A DNA stretch of 64,000 nt from Phyllobates terribilis. Lineage: Eukaryota. Location: the NCBI RefSeq assembly GCF_046119375.1, contig NW_027362761.1:1150782001-1150846000 (forward strand), in the 5' to 3' direction. The position numbers and the translations under genes were made by a program. Positions 25,097 through 37,474 of the stretch are shown here, in pieces (within the stretch, counting starts at the first letter, position 1; every line of letters begins with the position of its first letter). A model generated the notes under the pieces. It had not been told where the DNA came from and did no database searches. It saw only the letters and a program-made list of their open reading frames with translations.

Positions 25097-25350
25097 ATGA
25101 TGATGCAAACACTAGTTTTTGAAAAAAAAAAGTCTTTTAGTGTGTGACAGCAGCCAAACATAAAAACCCGCTATAAATCTGGTATTGCTGTAATCGCTCC
25201 GACACGAAGAATAAAGTCATCATATCACTTATACTGCATGAGGATTGGTGTAAAAAATAAATAAAACCAATTTTTGTCCTGCTGTTGATTTGTTCATTCT
25301 GCCTCCCAAAGATTGCAGTAAGGCTCGGCGCACATTTATCCTGTACTCTA

Positions 25351-28300
25351 CGCCGAGTTCATTGGACATGACCTCACCCCATGCACGTCACTGACAGCGT
25401 GGGAAAATTCTCCTGCGCTCAGCGCTTCAGCGTGAGAATTTTCCCACGCTGTCAGTGACGTGCATGAGGTGAGCTGAGTTCATTGGACATGACCTCGGCT
25501 CATCTTTTTGCCGTCACAGCCAGACACTGAGGAGTGCAAGTATGCCTGCGCTTCTCAGTGTCTGCGGGATGACAGGCTGAATGGCAGCGTTCTGCTGCAG
25601 TCCAGCCTGTCATCTCGATGTAGCAGAGCTGGAGCCGTCGTGGGAACCATGGAAAGGTAAGGATGAGGTTGCTTTATTATTTTACTTTTATTGCAGGAGA
25701 TCGTTGGCTTCAGCTGGAATGGGCGTGACTGTAAGTATGGTTTAATTTAGAACAATAAAGAATTGTGTCTTTATTTCAATTAAAGGACTTTATTCTGGGT
25801 GTTGTGTTTTTTTAAATACTTTACTATAAATTCATGGTGGTCATGTCTAATATTGGCGTGACCCCATGAATTCCGGGCTTAGGGCCAGCTGATAATGCCA
25901 AGCTGGCCTTAACCCCTTTATTACCCAGTGAGCCACCGCACCAGGGCCCTGGATGAGTTGGGTACAGCGCCAGAAGATGGCGCTTCTATGAACGCGCCAT
26001 TTTCTAGGGCGGCTGCGGACTGCAATTTGCACCGGGGGGGGAGGGGGGCAGAAAGCTTGGGCCTCCCAGGGCTGCGGATTCCAGCTCCCAGCTGCCTAGT
26101 TGTACCTGGCTGGACACAAAAATAGGGCGAAGCCCCACGTATTTTTTTTTTTAATTATTTCATGAAATTCATGGAATAATTAAGAAAAAAAGGGCTTCCC
26201 TATATTGTTGTGTCCAACCAGGTACAAATAGGCAGCTGGTGGTTGGGGGCAGCCCGTTCCTGCCTGCTGTACCTGGCTGGACGCAAATATAGTGCGAAGC
26301 CCCACGTCAATTTTTTTTAAATTATTTCAGGAAATTCATGAAATAATTAAAAAAAAATTATGTGGGGCTTCGCCCTATATTTGTGTCCAGTCAGGTACAG
26401 CAGGCAGGAACGGGCTGCGCCCAACCAACAGCTACCTATTTGTACCTGGCCGGATACAACAATATAGGGAAGCCCTTTTTTTCTTAATTATTCCATGAAT
26501 TTCATGAATTTAAAAAAAAAAATACGTGGAGCTTCGCCCTATTTTTGTGTCCAGCCAGGTACAACTAGGCAGCTGGGGGCTGGAATCTGCAGCGCAGGGA
26601 GGCCCAAGCTTTCTGGGCCCCACGCGCTGCAAATTGCAGTCCGCAGCCGCCCCGGAAAATGGCGCGTTCATAGAAGCGCCATCTTCTGGCGCTGTACCCA
26701 ACTCATCCAGGGCCCTGGTGCGGTGGCTCACTGGGTAATAAAGGGGTTAAGGCCAGCTTGGCATTATCAGCAGGCCCTAAGCCCGAAATTCATGGGGTCA
26801 CGCCAATATTAGACATGACCACCATGAATTTCTAGTAAAGTATTTAAAAAAAACACAAACACCCAGAAAAAAGTCCTTTAATTGAAATAAAGACACAATT
26901 CTTTATTGTTCTAAATTAAACCATACTTACCGTCACGCCCATTCCAGCTGAAGCCAACGATCTCCTGCAATAAAAGTAAAATAATAAAGCAACATCATCC
27001 TTACCTTTCCATGGCTCCCACGACAGCTTCAGCTCTGCTACATCGAGATGACAGGCTGGACCGCAGCAGAACGCTGCCATCCATCCTGTCATCCCGCAGA
27101 CACTGAGAAGCACAGGCATGCTTCAACTCCTCAGTGTCTGGCTGTGACGGCATCCAGATGAGCCGAGGTCATGTCCAATGAACTCGGCGCACCTCATGCA
27201 CGTCACTGACAGCGTGGGAAAATTCTCACGCTGAAGCGCTGAGTGCAGGAGAATTTTCCCACGCTGTCAGGGACGTGCATGAGGTGAGCTGAGTTCATTG
27301 GACATGACCTCACCTCATGTATGTCACTGACAGCGTGGGAGAATTCTCACGCTGAAGCGCTGAGTGCAGGAGAATTTTCCCACGCTGTCAGTGACGTGCA
27401 TGAGGTGAGCCAAGTTCATTGGACATGACCTCGGCTCATCTTTATGCCGTCACAGCCTGATACTGAGGAGCGCAAGCATGCCTGCGCTTCTCAGTGTCTG
27501 CGGGATGACAGTCTGGATGGCAGCGTTCTGCTGCGGTCCAGCCTGTCATCTCGATGTAGCAGAGCTGAAGCTGTCCTGGGAACCATGGAAAGGTAAGGAT
27601 GATGTTGCTTTATTATTTTTCTTTTATTGCAGGAGATCGTTGGCTTCAGCTGGAATGGGCGTGACGGTAAGTATGGTTTAATTTAGAACAATAAAGAATT
27701 GTGTCTTTATTTCAATTAAAGGACTTTTTTCTGGGTGTTTGTGTTTTTTTTAAATACTTTACTAGAAATTCATGGTGGTCATGTCTAATATTGGCGTGAC
27801 CCCATGAATTTCGAGCTTAGGGCCAGCTGATAATGCCAAGCTGGCCTTAACCCCTTTATTACCCAGTGAGCCACCGCACCAGGGCCCTGGATGAGTTGGG
27901 TACAGCGCCAGAAGATGGCGCTTCTATGAACGCGCCATTTTCCGGGGCGGCTGCGGACTGCAATTTGCACCGGGGGGGGGCAGAAAGCTTGGGCCTCCCT
28001 GCGCTGCAGATTCCAGCCCCCAGCTGCCTAGTTGTACCTGGCTGGACACAAAAATAGGGCGAAGCCCCACGTATTTTTTTTTTAAATTATTTCATGAAAT
28101 TCATGGAATAATTAAGAAAAAAAGGGCTTCCCTATATTGTTGTGTCCGGCTAGGTACAAATAGGCAGCTGGTGGTTGGGGGCAGCCCGTTCCTGCCTGCT
28201 GTACCTGACTGGACACAAATATAGGGCGAAGCCCCACATCAATTTTTTTTAATTATTTCATGAATTTCCTGAAATAATTTAAAAAAAATTGACGTGGGGC

Positions 28301-28613
28301 TTCGCACTATATTTGTGTAGAGCCATGTACAGCAGGCAGGAACGGGCTGCCCCCAACCACCAGCTGCCTATTTGTACCTGGTTGGACACAACAATAAAGG
28401 GAAGCCCTTTTTTTCTTAATTATTCCATGAATTTCATGAAATAATTAAAAAAAAAAAAACGTGGAGCTTCTCCCTATTTTTGTGTCCAGCCAGGTACAAC
28501 TAGGCAGCTGGGGGATGGAATCTGCAGCGCAGGGAGGCCCAAGGTTTCTGCTCCCCCCCCCACTGAAAATTGCAGTCCGCAGCCGCCCCAGAAAATGGCG
28601 CGTTCATAGAAGC
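25351..28613. repeat. Fold-back (alternating inverted) array: three full ~0.95-kb arms plus a partial fourth, with hairpin junctions
   Basis: Arm forward 25375-26330, reverse 26338-27286, forward 27311-28260, reverse partial 28270-28613. Junction hairpins at ~25420, 26334, 27238, 27359 and 28265. Confidence 0.95.
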
Positions 28614-28699
28614 TGGATGCTGTACCTGGCTGGCATACAAAAATATGGCGAAGCCCACGTCAAAAGTTTTGGGAAAAATTAATTAAAAAATAAATAATA

Positions 28700-30957
28700 A
28701 TTTAGGGACTACATCTTTATTAACTCCTCAAATGTCATTTAGTGTTAAAATAAAGGATTTATTTAAAAAAAAAAATGGCGTGGGATCCCCCATAATTTTA
28801 GTCTCTAGCGGAGGTTAAGCAGACGGCTGGGGCAGATGTTTCAAGCCTGGGAAGGGGGTAAAACCCACGGAGCTTCCCAGGCTACTAATATCAGCCCCCA
28901 GCTGAATACCTAGCCTTTAATAGCTATTAAAATGGGGGACCCCCCCCCAAAAAAATGACGTGGGGTCCCCCCTCTTTTAATAGCTAGCAAAGGCTAGGCA
29001 GACAGCTGGGGGCTGATATTAATAGCCCAGGAAGGGTGCCATGAATAATGGCCCCCTCCCAGGCTAGAAACACCAGCCATCAGCCGCCCCAGAAATGGCG
29101 CATCCATATGATGCGCCAATTCTGGCACTTAGCCTCGCTCTTCCACGCTGCCCTGGTGCGGTGGCAGGGGGTAATAGTGGTGGGGTTCATGTCAGCGCCA
29201 GCTGCCATGAAGCCCAGGTTAGTAATGATGGGCGTCTATAAGACACCCCCATTACTAACCTACAAAGTGTTGAAAAGAAAAAACACACTACACCCAGAAA
29301 AAAATAATTTATTTGAAATAAAACAGACCATTTTATTTAATTCTTAGTTTACTAAAAATAATAGTTACCTGTCCACGTTCCTGCGCTGATCTCCCATGCA
29401 CAGCTGTCACATCTGGAGATGGTGACAGCTGTGCATGGCTGCTGTAAGCTCACGCTGCCGGGAACACGTCCGCTCCCGGCAGCGGGAGCCCCTGACTGAG
29501 GTCACCGGAGTGCATTCAGTCAGCGCAACTCCGGAGACCTCCCTTATGGCAGTGCTGTACCGTGGGAATTTCTCACGATACAGCAGGGCCGTAAAGGAGC
29601 TAACCGGAGCAGCGCTGCCTGAACTCCGGCGAACCCTTACGGCCCCGTCATTCTAGCGGCGGCAGCGGTTCAGAGCGGTCACATTCTATGTGGCTGCTCT
29701 GAACTGGAGATCTTCGTGGGACACTCGTGGACTACTACGGAGGGGTAAGGATAAGGTTGTGGTTTATTATTTTATATTTTATTACAGGAGATCGATGGCT
29801 TCGGGGAATTAGGTGTCTAGGTGAGTATAGGTGTAGTTTTTTATTTTTTACTTTATTTTAGGTGGCGATCGGCGGGGACAGGTAATGTATGAACTAATTT
29901 ATTGTAGGTAACCACTGGCCACCAATGACATGTATTTAAAATTTATTGGGGCACAGTAGGGCAATTTAAATAGCAGGATCAGGCTGATGGGAACTACTGC
30001 TCCCATCGAGCTGATCCTGCTGGCACGAGTGGACGGGGGACAGACATAGGCCGATGGGAGTAGTAGTGTCACATCGGCCTATATCTGCCTGCACGCACAC
30101 ACCCGCACACATCGCAGACACCGCGCACACCCTCGCAGACATCGCACAGACACCGCACACGTCGCACAGACACCGCGCACACCCGCACACACCCACAAAC
30201 ATCGCACAGACCCGCAGACACCGTACAGACACCCCACACACCCGCACACACCCGCAGACATCGCACACACACCCCGCACACACACGCGCACACACACTAA
30301 TCATGACCGGTCTGATGGTCTGGGAGGTGAGGCTGACCTGTGCGGCCGTGGGAAAGTTCATGTGAGTTCATGCAATGCAGTCAAGCATGAACTCACATGA
30401 ACCCTCTGAGGGCACCGCAGCTACTTCAAATGAACAGCTGATCGGCATCACCTGATACCTCAGCTGTTCATTTGAAATAACTGGCGGGAGAGCGCAGCAC
30501 AGAACGGGAAAGCCGGCGGTGAAGTCTTTTCACTGCCGGCTTCCCCGCCCGGGTCCTTCGCTCCCCGCTCCTTGGTGCTGCGCTCCCCGCCCGGTCCTAA
30601 CTTACGATCGGGATGGGAGGTGGCGAGGGGAGCGGAGGATCGGGGTGGGAGGCTGCGGGGAAGCAGTATGGGGCTGTGTGATTGTTTAAAAGCCGGCGGC
30701 TTTTTACCGCGCGCCGGCTTTTAAACAATCAGGAGAATTCTCCCCCGCTGGGATGGCATTCTGATGACAGGCTGGATCTCAGCTGAGCGCTGCCATCCAG
30801 CTTGTCATCCTTCACAGACACTGCAGAGCGCAGGCATTATGGGAACTTCCGATTCCGGTATTCGATATTGTAAAAGTATCGGAATTAAGTATCGGAATTC
30901 CGATACCGCGAATATCGGCCGATACCCGATATTTCAGTATCGGAATGCTCAACACTA
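28700..30957. mobile_element. Hairpin-rich non-autonomous hAT element body and right terminus
   Basis: Contains a diverged paralogue of the fold-back arm (CCGCCCCAGAAATGGCGC...CCCTGGTGCGGTGGC...CACCCAGAAAAAA). Many local hairpins and CCGATAC/GTATCGG subterminal repeats; ends ...GCTCAACACTA at 30957. No left end or TSD found. Confidence 0.6.
30090..30300. repeat. CA-rich degenerate microsatellite (CACACCGCAGACATCG-like)
   Basis: Direct inspection. Confidence 0.8.
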
Positions 30958-31241
30958 CTGTTTACTCAAGATATCTTGCTGATTAAAGCTCTCGTAAGTA
31001 CAGTGGTGACTGTAAGAAGATGCACTCTGCGACAGGCTTTTGTGCTTTTTTTTGATCAGGAACAGTGTTTACTAAGTGCCCTATGTTATTTATATGTATT
31101 ATTACATTTTACTTAGAAGCAAGATATTTGCCCATTTTGCTTCCATATAAAAAATATATTAATGTACCTACAACTATAAAATCAAACCAAAAGATAAAAA
31201 CACAGCACATTATTTCTCTTTCAATGACTAACCTTTATTAA

Positions 31242-32210
31242 CCCCTTCATGTCAAGGCATTTTTTCCTTTTTGCACTTTAGTTTTTTTCCTCCCCCTTCT
31301 TCCAAGAGCCATAACTTTTTTATTTTTCCATTGACATAACTGTACAAGGGCTTGTTTTTTTTTTGCAAGACGAGTTGTAGTTTTGAATGACACAATTAAT
31401 TTCATCAGACGATATAACGAGAAGCAGGAATAAAAATCCAAATGGGGTGAAATGGTGGAAAAAAATTGCAATTCCACCATAGTTTTTTGGATTTTGTTTT
31501 TTATGGCTATTTTTGCATGGTATAAAATGATGTGGAAAAATTATTCTCCAGGTCAGTATGATTACAACGATACCAAACTTTCGTAGATTTTTTAAAAATT
31601 GTTATTTATTTAGTGGTGAGTGGATTATTAGTGGATTATTTATTATTATTTAGTGATGAAAAACATTGATTTATGTCGCCATTTTCTGAGATCTATAACA
31701 TTTTTATTTTTCTGCTGACTGAGTGATGTGAGGGGCTGTTTTTTATGTGGTGAGTTATATTTATAGCATTTTAGAGTAAATATGACATTTTGATAGTTTT
31801 ATATTATATTTTTGAGGGGCCGAAAAATTGCCGTTCTGACGTTTTGATGTTTCTTATCTTTACAGCATTTACCATAGGGGTTAATTCATTTTATGTTTTC
31901 ATAAACTGGACTTATATGGATGCAGCAAAACCAACTATGTTTTTTTTTTAAAATAATCCATATTTAATGGGGGAAACGGGGAGTGATTCACTTGTTTATA
32001 TTTTTTAAAATACTTTTTTTTTTAATATATTTATTACTTTTACTTTGTTTACGCCCCTTAAGGGACTTGAACTTATAGTACTGCCGTATTGTAATACTTA
32101 TAATTATAGTATTTTAGTAAATCACGGTCTCTTATGAAGCTCAGCCAGTGGGTGGGCTTCATAGGAGAACCAAGATGGCAGCCTTCAGCAGTCTCCTGCC
32201 TACCATGGTA
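31242..32210. mobile_element. TTAA-CCC (piggyBac-type terminus) non-autonomous relic
   Basis: TTAACCCCTTCATG start followed by a T-rich repeat body. The right boundary is approximate and no second terminus was seen. Confidence 0.45.
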
Positions 32211-32396
32211 AACCACCGGTTCCCCATGACTGCATAAAACATTGACCTGCATTTGGTTCGGACACCATGAAACTGATAGAGGTTTGAGAAATTTTTCGTT
32301 ATGGGACTTTTCAAAACCATGAAAAATCGCTTAAAAAAAGCTTGACTTATTTTTCCAATTAATTTCTATTGTAAAAACCACTTTGCTCGTCTTATG

Positions 32397-32655
32397 TAGG
32401 GATGAGCCGTCTCATGGAAGTTTGGGTTCTGGTACCCGACCCGAGCATAATTCGAAAGTTTATTTTGGGTACCAGAACTTGAACCAGAACCCGAACCCCA
32501 TTGAAAACAACAGGGACCCGAACTCTCCCTCTCTTTCCTGGAACTCCGAACATTGAAACGGACTTCCAGGAGAAGTTCGTGTTTGGCGTTAAGCATCGGA
32601 CACTAACTGTCCGGTAAGAAACCCGAACTTTTAAGTTCAGGTTCACACATCTCTA
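32397..32655. mobile_element. 259-bp hAT MITE
   Basis: TAGGGATGAGC...CACATCTCTA; perfect 8-bp TSD GTCTTATG. Confidence 0.9.
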
Positions 32656-32911
32656 GTCTTATGTACAAACTTTTAAACGTTTTTTATTTCACTTCACATG
32701 GTAGCAAAAAAAACATGTCACTTCTTTGGAGCGAATCCTGTTGAAATCCGCTCCAAACTAGAAGGCTGCAAAACAACTTCAGGAAATGAAAAATGTCTTC
32801 AAAAACTTCTCAAAGAAGGAGTGTTTGTTAAAGCGGTTTCCACTTGAAAAATTAGTTGTCTTTGAGTGCCTGAAAAAAAACTCCATCTGCACATGGCCCA
32901 CAGGATATAAT

Positions 32912-33120
32912 GTATTTATTTATTTATTTTACTCACTTATATAGCACCATTAATTCCACAGCTCTGTACAGACCATATCGGGCACTGTCCCCATTGGGGC
33001 TCACAATCTACATTCCCTATCAGTATGTCTTTGGACTGTGGGAGGAAACCCACGTAAACACAGGAAGAACATACAAACTCCTTGCAGAGGAGTGCTAACC
33101 ACTGAGCCACCGTGCTGCCC
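32912..33120 (-). mobile_element. V-SINE-type element, internally deleted
   Basis: Same GGGCAGCACGGTGGCTCAGTGG head as 19479, plus a 3' body ending in (AAAT)n on the minus strand. Confidence 0.75.
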
Positions 33121-33414
33121 TAATGTATGCTGGCATGTACCAGGAAAATCTCTACTACAGTACGACAGTACTGGTGCACCTATACATGTGTAATTACTGC
33201 CTTATTTTAAGATTGTTGGATTAGATACACCCACTACAATTAAAACGCTGTTACCAGGTGAGACAAGTTAACTACTTTTGTCTATTAAATGTTATAGCAC
33301 AATTTAACGATTTATTGCTCCAATAAAAGTGTCTGTAATTTTTTGTTCACAGTGATTCATCTTAAGATCCATTTACTAAAAATAAAACCATTTCTACATG
33401 TTTATAAATTACAG

Positions 33415-33473
33415 GTATATTTTCTTTGGCGACATTCAAAAGACATCGTCAAGTCCTTTAAAACGTTTGAAAG
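33415..33473 (+). CDS. otop1: Otopetrin-1-like proton channel, exon 3 (59 bp)
   Basis: TTACAG|GTA TAT...GAA AG|GTAAAA; encodes VYFLWRHSKDIVKSFKTFE(R), matching OTOP1 VYFLWGHAKDIIQSFKTLER. Absent from the ORF track. Confidence 0.93.
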
Positions 33474-33603
33474 GTAAAAGTATTTGATTTCATATTAATC
33501 TTCTTGGAATGATTTCCACTAATCTCTTTGTATTTTCTGAGGTTTTGTTCTGAGGTTTTCTGAGATTCGCTTTACATCTGCGACATATTAAACCTCAGCC
33601 TTT

Positions 33604-35157
33604 GGCCTCATTCAGACGTCCATTTTTCACGTACGAGTGTAATTTGTGGTTTTCACGGATAGCACTCGTACCTGTGATAGTCTATGGGGCAGTTCACATG
33701 TCTGTAATTTTACATGGACCGAGCTCGGTCTGCGGAAAGTCGCGGAGACATTTCGGATTGTGATCTGAGGACCGTACTTGGACCGTACTTGGATGACATC
33801 TAAGTGCAGTCCGATTTTCACAGAGTGTCAGAAAGGAGAAGGTGGAGAAACTTTTTTTTCTTCCATGTGCGAGAAAAACTGATGACACTTGGATCAGAGT
33901 CTGATCAGAGTATGATCAAAATAATCGGTTTGTTTTTCTCATACGTGAGACGTCAGTTTTTTCACGTACGAGAAAAACTGACTGAGCTTCATCAGTGATT
34001 TTTGGTCAGAGTTTCATCCGCGTCATCAATTTTTCTCGGACGTGAAAATTTTGTTGATGCTATGTTTTTTTGTTTCTTGTTGTTTTAGCATGCTTTAAAT
34101 AAAGCTGCTTTGATTTTGATATTTCCTGGTATTTGGCTTTGACAAAATTTTATACTTAGATGCAGATTACATACATTTCAGCTGTGAAAACACACTAAAC
34201 ACGCATGTGCATTTTATACCTATGGATTTTCTACGTCTAATGTAAGTCTAAGGATTTGAAACCTGCACCGCAGGTCAGATTATGCAGCGGTAAAAAAAGC
34301 ACAGTGGGCAGGAGATTTCTATAAATCCCATTCACTTTGCTGGAACTGCATGACGCTGCGATTTTGACAGAGACAAAATATGCAGCTTCAAAAACGCACC
34401 AAAACCTCATCCAGGGAATGTAGCCTCACAGTCTGTGAAAATTAGATGCCATCTGTCATGGGTGTGCCAGAGGTGACAGACAGTCATCCTGCAGTGGGTT
34501 GCAAGAGTGCTCCACGTTTGGCATTGCAGACAGTTGCTTAGATAGGAGGCTGTCTTTAGGACCGAGCGACTACCTCTCTTGCTAATTTGCTCCCTGGCCT
34601 GGGTGTATATATGCCTGGTGTGTCTGAGAGGGTGTCGCCGGTTATATTCATTTCTACTTGTGAAGCTTAGCATTTACTGTACCTTGTCCTCTCTGGAGCT
34701 TGAGGCCGTGTGCACATTTGGAGTTCATCTAAAGCTAAGCCATTTTCCCCTGTTTTGTCTACCCTTGTTGTCTTTAGAGTTTTAGTGGAGGTTGACTAGT
34801 GCTCATCTCCTTCCATCCCTAGCCGTAGCCTTACGCCAGGGAAAGTAGGGCGAGGCACGCGATCGGTGATAGCTGAGGAGACTATATAGGGACGTTAGTT
34901 GATACAGGGTGACGCTAGACCAGACTAGGAGGTCTCCACTTCCCCCTTTTCCTAATGTCTGGGCTCCCTCTCCCTTTTCCCTATATGTTGCACTTACACC
35001 TGGCGTGACACCATTCGAGTGCTGTCTGATTTTTTTCATGGACCCATAGGCTTTCATTGCCAGTTTTGATCTGACGCTTGGATCGAAATCGGACATGTCT
35101 CTGCAATTTGGCACTGACCACTCGGTGCACTGAAAATCATGAACATGTGAATGGCCT
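33604..35157. mobile_element. Harbinger-type MITE relic(s) interrupted by later insertions
   Basis: GGCCTCATTCAGAC at the left and ...CATGTGAATGGCC at the right; internal CACGTACGAG inverted motifs. Confidence 0.45.
34454..35010 (+). mobile_element. Solo LTR (557 bp)
   Basis: TGTCA...TGACA termini; flanks CCATC / CCATT (5-bp TSD, one mismatch); TATATA box near 34605. Confidence 0.7.
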
Positions 35158-35170
35158 CAGACCGATACTA

Positions 35171-36860
35171 CAACCCCTGGCAAAAATTATGGAATCACCG
35201 GGCTCTGAGGATGTTCATTCAGTTTTTTAATGTTGTTGAAAAAAAGCAGATCACAGACATGGCACAAAACTAAAGTCATTTCAAATGGCAACTTTAGGGC
35301 TTTAAGAAACACTAAAAGAAATCAAGATAAAAAATCTTACTCAGTAAGGGTAATTTTTTTCAGACCAAGCAGAGGGAAAAAATTATGGAATCACTCAATT
35401 CTGAGGAAAAAATTATGGACTCACCCTGTAAATTTCATTTCCAAAACTAACACCTGCATCAAATTAGATCTGCTCGTTAGTCTGCATCTAAAAAGGAGTG
35501 ATCACACCTTGGAGAGCTGTTGCACCAAGTGGACTGACATGAATCATAGCTCCAACACAAGAGATGTCAATTGAAACAAAGGAGAGGATTATCAAACTCT
35601 TAGAAGAAGGTATATCATCATGCAATGTTGCAAAAGATGTTGGTTGTTCACAGTCAGCTGTGTCTAAAATCTGGACCAAATACAAACAACATGGGAAGGT
35701 TGTTAAAGGCAAACATACTGGTAGACCAAGGAAGACATCAAAGCGTCAAGACCGGAAACTTAAAGCAATATGTCTCCAAAACAGGAAATGCACAACAAAA
35801 CAAATGAGGAACGAATGGGAGGAAACTGGAGTCAATGTCTGTGACCGAACTGTAAGAAATGCCAAAAGGAAATGGGATTTACATACAGAAAAGCTAAACA
35901 TAAGCCATCATTAACACCTAAATAGAAAAAAACAAGGTTACAATGGGCTAAGGAAAAGCAATCGTGGACTGTGGATGACTGGATGAAAGTCATATTCAGT
36001 GATGAATCGCGAATCTGCATTGGGCAAGGTGATGATGCTGGAACTTTTGTTTGGTGCCGTTCCAATGAGATTTATAAAGATGACTGCATGAAGAGAACAT
36101 GCAAATTTCCACAGTCATTGATGATATGGGGCTGCATGTCAGGTAAAGGCACTGGGGAGATGGCTGTCATTACATCTTCAATAAATGCCCAAGTTTACAT
36201 TGATATTTTCGACAGTTTTCTTATCCCATCAATTGAAAGGATGTTTGGGGATGATGACATCATTTTTCAAGATGATAATGCATCCTGCCATAGAGCAAAA
36301 ACTGTGAAAACATTCCTTGAAAGAAGACACATAAGGTCAATGTCATGGCCTGGAAATAGTCCAGATCTCAATCCAATTGAAAATCTTTGGTGGAAGTTGA
36401 AGAAAATAGTCCATGACAAGGCTCCAACCTGCAAAGCTGATCTGGCAACAGCAATCATAGAAAGTTGGAGCCAGATTGACGAAGAGTACTGTTTGTCACT
36501 CATTAAGTCCATGCCTCAGAGACTGCAAGCTGTTATTAAAGCCAGAGGTGGTGCAACAAAATACTAGTGATGTATTGGAGTGTTCTTTTGTGTGTTTGTT
36601 TTACATGATTCCATAATTTTTTCCTCAGAATTGAGTGATTCCATAATTTTTTCCCTCTACTTGGTCTGAAAAAAATTACCCTTACTGAGTACCACATTTT
36701 TTATCTTGATTTCTTTTAGTGTTTCTTAAAGCCCTAAAGTTGCCATTTGAAATAACTTTAGTTTTGTGCCATGCCTGTGATCTGCTTTTTTTCAACAACA
36801 TTAAACAACTGAATGAACATCCTCCGAGCCCGGTGATTCCATAATTTTTGCCAGGGGTTG
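35171..36860 (+). mobile_element. Full-length Tc1 (DD34E) element, 1690 bp, transposase broken
   Basis: ~260-bp TIRs starting CAACCCCTGGCAAAAATTATGGAATCAC with three internal direct repeats; TA on both sides. ORF pieces 35564-35914 and 35971-36567 carry FSDES, QDDN and SPDLNPIE (D-34-E), separated by a frameshift and a stop. Confidence 0.96.
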
Positions 36861-37474
36861 TATTAAAACCCCATGACAGTTGGGGGAAATTTTTTAAATT
36901 TTGCACGAGGACCCCTAAACTTAATGTTGAAATTTGCTCCTGAAAAGAAGTGAGAGAACTGCAGCAGCTTCCCCCCAGAATCTATCCCTTATCTATCCTC
37001 ACACACCCATTCCATAACCTTTCTGTATTACTATAAACATTCATTTTCTGCCTGACTTGTGCCCGTTGCGGGATGGCATAATGCAGCCATTGTCTACCTA
37101 TGTTGTTGCTACTAGTTAATTGCAATCAATGAGGATAATCTTAAATTGTAGGTTCTTAGAATGGTTGCATGTTGTGAAATCTCTTGTTCCTTGAATCAAG
37201 AATAGATGTGGAGAAAAAACGCGAAACATGAGTCTTTCTCTTAATAAACCTGGACCTGCTTACTGAAATGACCCAGACTATATAATTGTAATACGATACA
37301 AAGCACTATGAGCCACACATACTGTATACGTGATGTGAAAAAAAACAATTCAATGAATAGCTTTCTATGTGATGAATAACTGGTTAAGTAGTCGTAAATG
37401 TCAGCAGTAATTGTGAGGTGAAGAACCAACCCAAACACTCATTTTTCAAATAAACAAATTTGCAGACAGAGAGC

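Larger units (their letters stand above)
19870..25340. mobile_element. Large non-autonomous DNA-element relic (internally repetitive) hosting the + CR1
   Basis: A recurring subunit AAAACATAAAAA..CTAT(A)TAAAT.TGGTAT(C/T)GCTG appears at 20655-20692 + 24701 (split by the CR1) and intact at ~25156-25195. Termini are decayed; a relationship to the TTAA-CCC element at 31242 is inferred. Confidence 0.4.

Noticed and set aside
25847-28682. Recurrent identical short ORFs on both strands (MQIAVRSRP..., MSHRTRALDE..., MPALLSVCG...)
   Set aside because: By-products of the alternating inverted arms. GC-rich non-coding sequence with indels between copies and no recognisable domain.
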